Below the pieces are notes generated by a model. It was not told the DNA's origin, made no database searches, and saw only the letters and a list, made by a program, of their open reading frames with translations. This document shows, piece by piece, positions 8,640 to 17,423 of a stretch of 64,000 nucleotides of DNA; the first letter of the stretch is position 1; every line of letters starts with the position of its first letter. A program made the position numbers and the translations under genes. Location: assembly GCA_030055515.1 (NCBI GenBank), contig JASFYI010000002.1, forward strand, positions 63,290 through 127,289, in the 5' to 3' direction. Source of the stretch: Methanolinea sp. (GTDB lineage Archaea; Halobacteriota; Methanomicrobia; Methanomicrobiales; Methanospirillaceae).

Positions 8640-9616
8640 TCTCCTGGGGAGTGCCGCCCCCCCTCTCCCTTCCGGAAAGGGTGGGCGTGCGCGAAGTCCC
8701 CGACTTCCCACCCGAGGACGTCCCTGATGATGATGTACGCCATCTGCGGGGGGATCGCCCCCACCTCGGTCACGATGAGGTCGACGTACTCGGCGGGGGT
8801 GACGTCGAATGCGGGGTTCCTCGCCCGCACGTGCCGGAACTTCCCGGCGATCTCGGCCGGGAGGACCTCGGATGGGTCCCTCTCCTCGATCTGGATGTAC
8901 TCCCCGAGGATCGTCCGGGGGGCGAACTTGTAGGTCTCCGCGGCGACCATCACCCTCGTCCTCGCCTCGTGGGCCGCGAGGGCGATCTGGGACGTCCCGA
9001 TCTTGTTCACGACCGCGCCGTTGACCGCGATCGCGTCCGCCCCCACGACGACGAGGTCGACCTCGTGCATGAAGTGGCGGGCGGCGGAGTCGACGATGTA
9101 GTTCGTGGGTATCCCCGCCTCGTCGAGCGTCGCGATCGTGAGGAGGCCCTGGTTGCGCGGGCGCACCTCCGTCGCGAAGACCGAGATGTCCCTGCCGACC
9201 CTCCACGCCTCGAGGATGCACGCGAGTGCAGCCTCGGAGTTGCAGTGGGTGAGGAGGACGTCGCCGTCCCTGATGTGGCGGGCCCCGATCTCCCCTATCC
9301 TCGCGACGGCCTCCCCCGACGATGCGATGAATGACTCGCACGCCCCGACGAAAGCCTCCCTCGCCTCCCCCACGGACGAGTGCCCGGCCCGCAGTGCCGC
9401 CATGACCGTGTGGATCGCGTTCGGGAGCGAGACCGCCGTCGGCCTCGTGGAGAGGAGGATGGACGCGGCCTCCTCGAGCTTCTCCCTGAACTCGGCGACG
9501 GAGCGTGCCTGCACGGACGACGCGTGCTCCCGGAGGGCTGCGACGGCTGCCCGGGCGATCCGGCCCGCCCCCCTTATCTCCATGCTCTTTATCTTCTCCG
9601 CGGTCTCAGTGAGCAT
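8636..9616 (-). CDS. aIF-2B alpha/beta/delta-family protein (ribose-1,5-bisphosphate isomerase-like)
   Basis: 326-aa ORF. IRGAGRIARAA, STRPTAVSLPNA and VVVGADAIAVNGAVVNKIGT are hallmark eIF-2B/MtnA-family motifs. Confidence 0.85.
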   Translation of the reverse strand: MLTETAEKIKSMEIRGAGRIARAAVAALREHASSVQARSVAEFREKLEEAASILLSTRPTAVSLPNAIHTVMAALRAGHSSVGEAREAFVGACESFIASSGEAVARIGEIGARHIRDGDVLLTHCNSEAALACILEAWRVGRDISVFATEVRPRNQGLLTIATLDEAGIPTNYIVDSAARHFMHEVDLVVVGADAIAVNGAVVNKIGTSQIALAAHEARTRVMVAAETYKFAPRTILGEYIQIEERDPSEVLPAEIAGKFRHVRARNPAFDVTPAEYVDLIVTEVGAIPPQMAYIIIRDVLGWEVGDFAHAHPFRKGEGGRHSPGE

Positions 9617-9620
9617 CGGT

Positions 9621-9634
9621 AGTACTCGAGTACT
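9621..9634. promoter_or_regulatory. Perfect 14-bp palindrome AGTACTCGAGTACT in a divergent promoter region
   Basis: Read directly. It lies 5 nt from the aIF-2B-like start (9616) and about 17 nt upstream of a TATA-like box. Candidate dimeric regulator site. Confidence 0.3.
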
Positions 9635-9650
9635 TCAGTGCCCACGGGCG

Positions 9651-9660
9651 TAAATAATTA
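9651..9660 (+). promoter_or_regulatory. TATA-like box (TAAATAATTA) for the HAD gene and possibly the atwA operon
   Basis: The only AT-rich element in the spacer, 29-38 nt upstream of ATG 9689. This argues for 9689 rather than the track start 9638. Confidence 0.4.
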
Positions 9661-9688
9661 TGGACATCGCGGGGTGCCGTGCCATCCC

Positions 9689-10525
9689 ATGTCGGTTGCC
9701 GTGGTCTTTGACAGTGCGGGGACACTCCTGCACACCTACAGGGTCGCAAAGAACGTGCTCACCGGGGAACTCCTCCCCGGCGTCGAGACCGTGAGCCTCA
9801 CGTTCGAGTCCCCCGACCGCGTCCTCGTCGTCCTCCACGTCCGCAGCCGCGACGTGGTCGCGGCACCCGACGACGTCTCCCTCTCGGGGTTCCTGCGCGA
9901 GCAGAAGGTGGGGTTCGGGATCAGCTGCACGCGCGGGGTCATCGACGCCGACGACGTCGCCGGCATCCTCTACCATTCCCCCCACGGGAAGGTCGGGGAC
10001 CTCAAGGACTGCATCCGGAACGTCTGGCAGGTCTGCAGGGAAGAGTCTGTCGTCACGCTGAACAGCGGGGTGATCCTGAACGTCTCGCTCCCGGGCATCG
10101 AGTTCGCGGTCACGACCGGCGGCCGCCCGTTCGAGGGTGCCCGCGAGACGATCAGCGCCCTCCACAGGATGGGGATCCCCGCCTTCATCGCGTCGGGCGA
10201 CCGCGTCGAGAAACTCGAGAAGATGGCAGACCACCTCGGGATTCCCCGCGACAGGGTCTTTGGCGTCGCGACCCCCACCGTGAAGGCACGGATCGTCGAG
10301 GACCTCCGCGGGACGTACGACTGCGTCGTGATGGTCGGGGACGGGATCAATGACCTCCCCGCCATGAGGGCAGCAGACGTCGCGATCCTCTCGGTCGAGC
10401 AGCCGGGCGAGAGGCACCCGGACCTCTACGCGGCTGCCGACCACGTGGTGAAGAACGTGAGGGAGGTCGCGGGAATCGTCGGGAGACTCCGCGATTTGCG
10501 CGGGCCGTGCCGGGAGATTGGGTGA
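9689..10525 (+). CDS. HAD-superfamily hydrolase resembling the soluble catalytic domain of P-type ATPases (COG4087-like)
   Basis: Trimmed to MSVAVVFDSAGTL (DxxGT, like DKTGT). Later IASGDRVEKL (TGD-like) and MVGDGINDLPAMRAADVAI (the GDGxNDxP hinge motif of P-type ATPases). No transmembrane segments. Confidence 0.7.
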   Translation: MSVAVVFDSAGTLLHTYRVAKNVLTGELLPGVETVSLTFESPDRVLVVLHVRSRDVVAAPDDVSLSGFLREQKVGFGISCTRGVIDADDVAGILYHSPHGKVGDLKDCIRNVWQVCREESVVTLNSGVILNVSLPGIEFAVTTGGRPFEGARETISALHRMGIPAFIASGDRVEKLEKMADHLGIPRDRVFGVATPTVKARIVEDLRGTYDCVVMVGDGINDLPAMRAADVAILSVEQPGERHPDLYAAADHVVKNVREVAGIVGRLRDLRGPCREIG

Positions 10526-10532
10526 TGCATGA

Positions 10533-10542
10533 AAAGAAATAT
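10533..10542 (+). promoter_or_regulatory. Possible TATA-like element (AAAGAAATAT) upstream of atwA
   Basis: AT-rich patch in the 54-nt HAD-atwA spacer, followed by the purine-rich AAGAGGA about 10 nt before ATG 10580 (RBS-like). Confidence 0.25.
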
Positions 10543-10579
10543 GCACCCCGCGCCACATTCTCTAGTAAGAGGACTGTAA

Positions 10580-12193
10580 ATGAAGCCCCTGATCACCGTG
10601 AAAGATCTTCGCATGGACTTCGACGGGAAGAAAGTCCTGAAGAATATCTCTTTTGAGATCTATGAAGGTGAGGTCCTGGGGATCATCGGGCGCAGCGGGG
10701 CAGGAAAGACCGTACTCATGCACCTTCTCAGGGGCGTGGAGCAACCACCCACCTCGGGGCATATCATCTACCATGTCGCCGTCTGCGACTCCTGCCCGTA
10801 CATCGGGGTAGGGAGCATGGCAGGCGAGGCGTGTCCCACGTGCGGCGGGGTGCTCTCGGCACGGGACATCGACCTCTGGAACGAGGAGGACGAGGGGCTC
10901 CGTCGCCGGCTGATGCGGAGGACGGCGATCATGTTCCAGAGGACGTTTGCCCTGTACGGCAACGACAGGGTGATCGAGAACGTGCTCCACGCCCTCGACG
11001 ACATCGACTATCCCCAGGACAAGGCGATCAACAGGGCAGCCGACCTCCTCGACCAGGTGAGGCTCTCGCACAGGATGATGCACATCGCCCGCGACCTCTC
11101 CGGCGGGGAGAAGCAGCGGGTCGTGCTCGCGAGGCAACTTGCAAAGGAGCCGTTCCTCCTCTTCGCGGACGAACCGACGGGGACCCTCGATCCCGAGACC
11201 GCCGACCTCGTCCACCGGATGCTGATCGAGGCGTGCGAGAGGAACCACATGGGAATGGTCGTCACGTCCCACTTCTCCCAGGTGATAAAGTCGGTCGCGG
11301 ACAGGGCCATGCTCCTCGTGGACGGGTCCATCGCGATGCTCGGCTCGCCCGAGGAGGTCATCTCGAGGTTCATGGCGGACCTCTCCGACACGGAGACCTA
11401 CCACGTCCCGGAGTTCGGCAAGGAGATCCTGATCGCGCGGGACGTGTACAAGCGCTACATCTCGGTCGACAGGGGGGTCGTGCGGGCGGTCAACGGTGTC
11501 TCGTTCGACGTCCGCGAGAAGGAGATATTCGGGATTATCGGCAAGAGCGGTGCGGGGAAGACGACGCTCTCGCGCATCATGGCGGGCGTCATCGAGCCCA
11601 CGGCAGGGGAGATGATCATCAGGATCGGGGACGACGCCGTGGACATGACGAAGCCCGGCATCGAGAACAGGGGGAGGGCGAAGGGGTACATCGGGCTCCT
11701 CCACCAGGAATACGACCTCTACCCCCACAGGACCGTGCTCGACAACCTCACGGACGCGATCGGCCTCGAGTTCCCCAAGGAGCTCGCGATGAGGAAGGCC
11801 ATCCTCACGCTCCGGATGGCAGGGTTCTCCGAGGAGAAGAGCAGGGAGATCCTCGACAGGTACCCGGGGCAGCTCTCCGAGGGGGAGCGCCACAGGGTCG
11901 CCCTCGCCCAGGTCCTCATCCGCGAGCCCCGCATGGTCATCCTCGACGAGCCGACGGGGACCATGGACCCCCTCACCAAGGTGGACGTGAAGCACTCGAT
12001 CCTGCACGCGAGGGACGAGATGGAGGAGACGTTCATCGTGGTCTCCCACGACATCGACTTCGTGAGGGACATCTGCGACCGGCTCGCCCTCATGAGGGGG
12101 GGCAAGATCGTCGCCATCGGGAAGACCGCGGACGTCCTCTCGACCCTCACCGCGGAAGAACGGGAGGTCATGGGCCGGGCCGCGCCTGCGTGA
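10580..12193 (+). CDS. atwA: Methyl-coenzyme M reductase system component A2 (tandem ABC ATPase)
   Basis: 537 aa. Two ABC cassettes (GRSGAGKT/LSGGEKQR/LLFADEPT and GKSGAGKT/LSEGERHR/VILDEPT) with a Cys4 insertion CDSC...CPTC in cassette 1. It heads the methanogenesis-marker operon. Confidence 0.9.
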   Translation: MKPLITVKDLRMDFDGKKVLKNISFEIYEGEVLGIIGRSGAGKTVLMHLLRGVEQPPTSGHIIYHVAVCDSCPYIGVGSMAGEACPTCGGVLSARDIDLWNEEDEGLRRRLMRRTAIMFQRTFALYGNDRVIENVLHALDDIDYPQDKAINRAADLLDQVRLSHRMMHIARDLSGGEKQRVVLARQLAKEPFLLFADEPTGTLDPETADLVHRMLIEACERNHMGMVVTSHFSQVIKSVADRAMLLVDGSIAMLGSPEEVISRFMADLSDTETYHVPEFGKEILIARDVYKRYISVDRGVVRAVNGVSFDVREKEIFGIIGKSGAGKTTLSRIMAGVIEPTAGEMIIRIGDDAVDMTKPGIENRGRAKGYIGLLHQEYDLYPHRTVLDNLTDAIGLEFPKELAMRKAILTLRMAGFSEEKSREILDRYPGQLSEGERHRVALAQVLIREPRMVILDEPTGTMDPLTKVDVKHSILHARDEMEETFIVVSHDIDFVRDICDRLALMRGGKIVAIGKTADVLSTLTAEEREVMGRAAPA

Positions 12194-12208
12194 GGGGCTG
12201 AGGACCGG

Positions 12209-13738
12209 ATGATTACCCTCCTCGTCGACGGGGAGAGACGCCTCGCGAACGAAGGGGCGACGCTGCGAGACGTCCTCCCCGGGTGGGACTGGTCCTGTTC
12301 CGTCGGGGTGATCCGGGCAGGTGCGCGGGAATCGACCGAGACCGGGAGCATGAGGCTGGTCACCTCGGCAGGCGAGGTCGTCGTCGAGCTCCTGCCGGAG
12401 GGGCGCGCGCTCCTGCAGTCCCCCGATCTCCAGCTCCCGCTCCCGCTCCACTGGTCCGACAGGTACGCCGCGGCATTCGGCCCGTTCCCCTCCCGCTTCG
12501 TGCCCGCCCGGAAACCCCACCTCTACGAGCGCGGCGACCTCGTCCTCGGGTGCGGTGGCTACGACGCCGGCCGTTCCTACCTCGTCTTCTCCCGGCTCCG
12601 CCACGCCGCGGACCACGGGGCTGCCGCCGGCGGGGGGGTGATAGGGAGGGTCGTGTACGGGAGGGGGCTCATCGACAGGTGGACCTCCGGCGACCGGATC
12701 GAGCAGGTCGTCCCCGTCCTCAACTGGGCCGACACGAGCAGGTCTTTCTCGACGAACGACGGCTCCCTCCCCCTCGAGGACGGGATGGAGATCGTGACCC
12801 ACGTCCGGGTCACGGCACACGGTTACGCGGGGGGGCGGGTCCACGCCACGGATGCCGCCGAGTCGGTGGAACACGTGCTCCTCGCCCTCGCGGGAAACAG
12901 GTTCGTCGTCGGGAGGGCGTCGAGCACCTACATAGAGGACGAGAGGATGGCGGGGACGCCCGTGCCGTTCGAGGTGAGGGCGCCCCGGCGCGAGGGGCAC
13001 CTGATGGTCCGCACGAGGGGGAGGTCGTCCGGGGCACTCTACATCTACACGCGGGACGTCCCCGCGTCGGCTTCCCACACGCTCGCCGGCCAGGTCACCC
13101 ACGGGATCGAGCTCGCGCGCCTCGCCCGCGCCGGGGAGACGATCCGGATCGAGGTCGAACCACCGCGCTTCGACCTCGTGGGTCTCTTCCTCTCCGAGGC
13201 AGAGGGGGTTGCTGCTTTCAGGGGGGTCGCTGTCACCGCCCGGGGAGAGGGCAAGGACCTCGTCGTGGTGGACCAGCAGCCCGCGACCACCCTCGAGGCA
13301 CTCGCGGCGGGTTCCGTCACGCTCGAGGCTGTCCCCCTGGAGAAGATAATCGACATCGCCCTCGACGACGCCCACGCGCCGGAATCCTGCGCGGTCTTCC
13401 GGAAGCTCACGGGCCTTGACAGGCATAGGGTGGGCAGGATCCCCTTCTTCTTCCAGTTCGAGGATGTCTACCTCTTCAGGCCGCGTATTCCCCCCGGGAC
13501 GCACATCATCCCCGAGAACCTCCCGGTCGACCGCGTGCTCCCCGGCACGCTCGCCATCACGAACGACTCGCGGAAGGGGGCGGGTCTCGTGGGCGTGAGG
13601 ACCTCGGAGAACAGGGAGTTTGGTCCCACGTCCGAACCCTTCGAGGCAACGAACCTCATCGGGCGGGTCCTCGACCTTGGGAAGCTTTCCGCACTGAAGG
13701 AGAACGAGATCGCATTCATCAGGGAAGTGAGACCATGA
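12209..13738 (+). CDS. mmp3: Methanogenesis marker protein 3
   Basis: 509-aa ORF directly after atwA. Size, position in the conserved A2-mmp3-6-5-15-17-7 order and N-terminus MITLLVDGERR...ATLRDVL fit marker 3. Assigned from synteny and size, not a search. Confidence 0.75.
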   Translation: MITLLVDGERRLANEGATLRDVLPGWDWSCSVGVIRAGARESTETGSMRLVTSAGEVVVELLPEGRALLQSPDLQLPLPLHWSDRYAAAFGPFPSRFVPARKPHLYERGDLVLGCGGYDAGRSYLVFSRLRHAADHGAAAGGGVIGRVVYGRGLIDRWTSGDRIEQVVPVLNWADTSRSFSTNDGSLPLEDGMEIVTHVRVTAHGYAGGRVHATDAAESVEHVLLALAGNRFVVGRASSTYIEDERMAGTPVPFEVRAPRREGHLMVRTRGRSSGALYIYTRDVPASASHTLAGQVTHGIELARLARAGETIRIEVEPPRFDLVGLFLSEAEGVAAFRGVAVTARGEGKDLVVVDQQPATTLEALAAGSVTLEAVPLEKIIDIALDDAHAPESCAVFRKLTGLDRHRVGRIPFFFQFEDVYLFRPRIPPGTHIIPENLPVDRVLPGTLAITNDSRKGAGLVGVRTSENREFGPTSEPFEATNLIGRVLDLGKLSALKENEIAFIREVRP

Positions 13739-14193
13739 AGGTGTATTCCCCCCGCTATACCGGCACCGTGACAAAGTACATCTTTGTCGAAACCCCCGAG
13801 ATGACACCATCGGACCTTGCCATCCGGGCGTACGAGATCTCCCGGGGGGTGATGATCAAGGAGACGTGCTTCGGCCTCCAGGTGACCGGCAAGGAGGAGG
13901 ATGTCGACCGCCTCGTCGCCGCTCTCCGGGCGATAGACCCCCTCCACATCTTCGTGAAGGACAGGGGTTTTCCCCCGGGGGACCCGCGCAGGTGCAGGGC
14001 GAACCTCGGCGGTGCCCGCCCCGGCTTCTTTGGCCACGAGTTCGAGCTGGGCCTCCTCCGGTTCATCTCGAGGGGGCTTGCCGCGCTCCCTTCCCGGGAT
14101 CCCGGAGCGGTCCCCCGCCCGCCGGTTCCCCGGCGCGGCGAGAAGCTGGGTGCGTCACGCCTGAAGGAGATCATCGAGTCGTGGGGGTCCTGA
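13735..14193 (+). CDS. mmp6: Methanogenesis marker protein 6
   Basis: 152 aa, ATGA overlap with mmp3. Conserved-looking KETCFGLQVTG...KDRGFPPGDPRRCRA block. Confidence 0.7.
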   Translation: MKVYSPRYTGTVTKYIFVETPEMTPSDLAIRAYEISRGVMIKETCFGLQVTGKEEDVDRLVAALRAIDPLHIFVKDRGFPPGDPRRCRANLGGARPGFFGHEFELGLLRFISRGLAALPSRDPGAVPRPPVPRRGEKLGASRLKEIIESWGS

Positions 14194-14197
14194 AACG

Positions 14198-14647
14198 ATG
14201 GCACGCGTCTTCATCTATCCCACGACGAGCCTCATCCTCTCCGACCTCGTCGCGAGGTTCGGCCACACCCCCCTCTCCGCCGCGATGCAGGTGCGGGAGA
14301 TTGTCCAGACGCCCGGGCTCGAGTCGCCCCCCCTCCAGATCACGCCCGAGGACCCGAAAAAAGGCCTCCGGTGGGCCGCGGTCGAGGTCCCGTCCGGTGT
14401 CCGGGGGCGGATGGCAATCTACGGGCCGCTCCTCGAGAAAGCCGAGGCTGCCATCATCGTGAACAACGCGGACTTCTCGTTCGGCTGCATGGGGTGCGCG
14501 AGGACGAACGAGCTCCTCGCCTTCCTCATCCGGCGGAAGGGGATCCCGGTCCTCGACCTCGAGTACCCCTCCTCCGAGGAGGAGGGCATCGAGTTCGTGG
14601 CCGCGATCAAGAGGTTCCTCGACTCCCTGCCCGGGGGTGCGGGATGA
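14198..14647 (+). CDS. mmp5: Methanogenesis marker protein 5
   Basis: 149 aa. N-terminus [23 protein letters not shown] and [13 protein letters not shown] Cys pair; position in the operon. Confidence 0.7.
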   Translation: MARVFIYPTTSLILSDLVARFGHTPLSAAMQVREIVQTPGLESPPLQITPEDPKKGLRWAAVEVPSGVRGRMAIYGPLLEKAEAAIIVNNADFSFGCMGCARTNELLAFLIRRKGIPVLDLEYPSSEEEGIEFVAAIKRFLDSLPGGAG

Positions 14648-15879
14648 CGCGCGTCCGGATCGCCCAGCTCTCCTGCGGCCCCGAGTACAGCGGGGTTCAG
14701 AAGGAGATCGCGGATGCAGCAGCGGCCGTAGACGCAGAGGTCTTCTTCCCCGACATCAAGCTTTCCGATATAAGGAAATCGTTTGACGAGTTCGGCCTCA
14801 TCGTGAGGAGCCCCGACCTCAAGCTCGCCATCGCGCGTGCCGTTGCGCTCGTCGAGGGGAAGGTGGAGGCAGACGCGGTCTTCATCGCGACCTGTTTCCG
14901 GTGCGCCGAGGCCGCGATCGTGCGCAACGAGCTCCGGCGGTACATCCACGAGAACTCGGACCTGCCCGTGGTGAGCTACTCCTTCACCGAGAGGACGACC
15001 GCCGGCACCCTCCTCACGCGGATGGAGGCGCTCACGACGATCGCTCGCAGGAGGGCACTCCTCGCCCGTGAGGTGCAGGAGGGCCTCACGATGGGCGTCG
15101 ACTCGGGATCGAGCACCACGAAGGCCGTCGTGATGCGGGACAACAAGATCATCGGGACGGGGTGGGTCCCGACGACCGGCGTGATCAAGAGCGCAGAGGC
15201 GGCAGTCGAGGAGGCGCTCTCCACAGCGGGCGTCTCGCGGGACGAGATCCAGGCGGTCGGGACGACGGGGTACGGCAGGTTCCTCGTGGGCGAGCACCTC
15301 AAGGCCGATCTTATCCAGGAGGAACTCACGGTGAACTCCAAGGGCGCCGTCTTCCTCGCGGACTGCCAGCACGGTCCCTCGACCGTGATCGACATAGGGG
15401 GGATGGACAACAAGGCGATCAGCGTCCAGGACGGGATCCCGGGGACGTTCACGATGGGGGGTATCTGCGCGGGCGCGAGCGGCAGGTTCCTCGAGATGAC
15501 GGCAAAAAGGCTCGGGGTGGACATCACGGAACTCGGTCCCCTCGCGATGAGGGGACTCTCCCGGAACGTCCCGATGAACAGCTACTGCATCGTCTTCGGG
15601 ACGCAGAGCCTCGTCAACGCGCTCGCCGCGGGGAGCTCGCCCGAAGATGTCGCGGCCGCCGCCTGCCACAGCGTGGCCGAGCAGGTCTTCGAGCAGCAGC
15701 TGCAGGAAGTCGACATCAAGGAACCCGTCATCATGGTGGGCGGGACGTCGCTCATCCAGGGACTCGTCCGCGCCATGGGCGACCTCCTCCAGGTACCGAT
15801 CACCGTCCCCCCGCACTCCCAGTACATCGGTGCCGTGGGCTCTGCCCTCCTCGCCTCGGGCTTCATCCGGAGGGAGTGA
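14644..15879 (+). CDS. mmp15: Methanogenesis marker protein 15 (BadF/BcrA/HgdC-type ATPase fold)
   Basis: Trimmed to [17 protein letters not shown] (ATGA overlap with mmp5). The C-terminal half has the acetate/sugar-kinase-type phosphate loop [13 protein letters not shown] and GTTGYGR. Confidence 0.8.
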   Translation: MTRVRIAQLSCGPEYSGVQKEIADAAAAVDAEVFFPDIKLSDIRKSFDEFGLIVRSPDLKLAIARAVALVEGKVEADAVFIATCFRCAEAAIVRNELRRYIHENSDLPVVSYSFTERTTAGTLLTRMEALTTIARRRALLAREVQEGLTMGVDSGSSTTKAVVMRDNKIIGTGWVPTTGVIKSAEAAVEEALSTAGVSRDEIQAVGTTGYGRFLVGEHLKADLIQEELTVNSKGAVFLADCQHGPSTVIDIGGMDNKAISVQDGIPGTFTMGGICAGASGRFLEMTAKRLGVDITELGPLAMRGLSRNVPMNSYCIVFGTQSLVNALAAGSSPEDVAAAACHSVAEQVFEQQLQEVDIKEPVIMVGGTSLIQGLVRAMGDLLQVPITVPPHSQYIGAVGSALLASGFIRRE

Positions 15880-16463
15880 TGGAGGCAGTCGAGTACTTCG
15901 AGGTGGAATGCCCCGAGCCCGCGGGGAGGGAGTACTACAGGAAGATCGCCGAGGTCGTCCTCCTCGACCACAACCTCCTGCGGGTCATCCACAAGCTCCA
16001 CATCCTCATCGACCCGAGGGTCCCGATATTCATCGCGGCCGGCACCACGAGGAAACTCCCCGGCGTCGTGCGGGTGAGGGACTTCTCCGACGTGAGCGTG
16101 AAGGACGCGGACGTGACCATCTCGATCGCGGACGAGACGTACCTCGCGCCGCTCCTCCGCGTCCTCTGGGAGAAGTTCGGGAAGGACCGCGTGGACCAGC
16201 CCGACAGGTTCACGGTCGTCGTCACCCGCGGGGAGGGCGGGGAGGAGGCCGCGATCCCCGAGCTCGAGGTCTATGACCCGAGCGAGTCCATCTACAAGGA
16301 CCTCATCTACGCCCTGCAGGTCATCCAGCCCGAGGGCTTCAAGGTGCGGAGGCATTACTACGGGAGGAACAGGTTCTCCCTCGTCGCGAGCGAGGACACG
16401 CTCCCCGAGGACATCGAGCGGACCGTTGCGGAGAAGTTCGCGCTGATGGGGGTGGAGGAGTGA
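15879..16463 (+). CDS. mmp17: Methanogenesis marker protein 17
   Basis: 194 aa from ATG 15879 (TGATG junction with mmp15). [14 protein letters not shown]...; size and order fit marker 17. Confidence 0.7.
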   Translation: MEAVEYFEVECPEPAGREYYRKIAEVVLLDHNLLRVIHKLHILIDPRVPIFIAAGTTRKLPGVVRVRDFSDVSVKDADVTISIADETYLAPLLRVLWEKFGKDRVDQPDRFTVVVTRGEGGEEAAIPELEVYDPSESIYKDLIYALQVIQPEGFKVRRHYYGRNRFSLVASEDTLPEDIERTVAEKFALMGVEE

Positions 16464-17398
16464 CGCACGTCCCCGTGACCTACAAGGGCGGCATTTACAG
16501 GCACGACGAGATCGTCGACCTGATCGAGGACCTCGGCGGGTACATCATCCAGAAACACGTCATCGCGCAGGAGGTCGTCCTCCAGGCCCTCGTCCCCCGC
16601 GAGGACATCGACCTCATCAGGAGGATAGGAAAGCCCCTCACCGGCGAGGTCACCCCCTCGCCCCTCGTGGGCACCGAGATCGCGGTCGTCTCCCCCTCGC
16701 TCGAGATCCACCACCTCCCCCACGCCTCCTGCGACGTCGCCGAGTACATCCGCCGGTTCGGGGCGAAGACCAACATGGTGGGGCTCGCGAGGGGGTTTGG
16801 CAAGAGGATCGCGCAGCTGAACGACGAGGAGAGGGACATCATCAACGAGCACGACCTCGCCGTCTACCTCCTCGGCGACTTCGAGGCCTGCATCGAGAGG
16901 AAGTTCCCGGTCCTCCGGAGGGGCATCGACGTCCCGATCGTCCTCTGCGGCGGCCCCCCCACGGAGGCACTCCGGAGAATAGTCGACCCCCCCGTCGAGG
17001 GGTACGTGGGGGGCATCGGGCGGTTCATGCACAGGACAAAGGAATCTGCGGAGATAGAGAAGCTCGAGGAGGTCGTCGCGGAGGTCACGCGCGTCCTCGA
17101 CCGCCGGCGCGACGAGCTCGCGCGGGACCCGCTCTCGATCTCGCCCGCGCGCCTGATGGATATCATCGCGGAGAACGTGGAGGAGATCCATTCCGTCCTC
17201 TCACCTACCCCCCTCACCGTCCAGATGAGGGGGCTCCGGGTGAAGCTCCCCTACGACACGTTCGCACCGGTCATCCGGGGGATCGAGGTCGACTCGGGGG
17301 TCACTGTCGGAGACATCGCCGTGGTATCTCCCTCCCGCATGAGGGACTACATCCTCGTGCGCGTGAAACCGTTCTCCGAGACGAACCTCGTGCTCTGA
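16460..17398 (+). CDS. mmp7: Methanogenesis marker protein 7
   Basis: 312 aa, GTG start overlapping the mmp17 stop (GTGA). Last gene of the co-directional block; size fits marker 7. Confidence 0.75.
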   Translation: MTHVPVTYKGGIYRHDEIVDLIEDLGGYIIQKHVIAQEVVLQALVPREDIDLIRRIGKPLTGEVTPSPLVGTEIAVVSPSLEIHHLPHASCDVAEYIRRFGAKTNMVGLARGFGKRIAQLNDEERDIINEHDLAVYLLGDFEACIERKFPVLRRGIDVPIVLCGGPPTEALRRIVDPPVEGYVGGIGRFMHRTKESAEIEKLEEVVAEVTRVLDRRRDELARDPLSISPARLMDIIAENVEEIHSVLSPTPLTVQMRGLRVKLPYDTFAPVIRGIEVDSGVTVGDIAVVSPSRMRDYILVRVKPFSETNLVL

Positions 17399-17423
17399 TC
17401 CCCGCCGGCCTGTGCCACCCTTC

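Noticed and set aside
7812-9341. Long N-terminal extensions in the ORF track (7812-9341 for dapF; 22710-24122 for lemA; 36001-37362 for gap; 56012-57700 for DUF1805; 31036-32316; 39785-42190; 47209-48483; 14371-15879; 15162-16463; 58141-59115; 24383-26869)
   Set aside because: The extensions run antisense to or overlap neighbouring well-supported genes and are low-complexity. Conserved N-termini begin at internal ATG/GTG/TTG codons, often with ATGA/GTGA coupling or an upstream TATA/RBS-like element, so the genes were trimmed.
10562-13810. 1082-aa minus-strand ORF spanning the atwA and mmp3 region
   Set aside because: It is antisense to two strongly supported genes (ABC motifs, marker operon). 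The translation is Arg/Pro/Gly/Asp/Glu/His-rich low-complexity with no recognisable motif. This is a typical shadow ORF in high-GC DNA, where stop codons are rare in the antisense frame.
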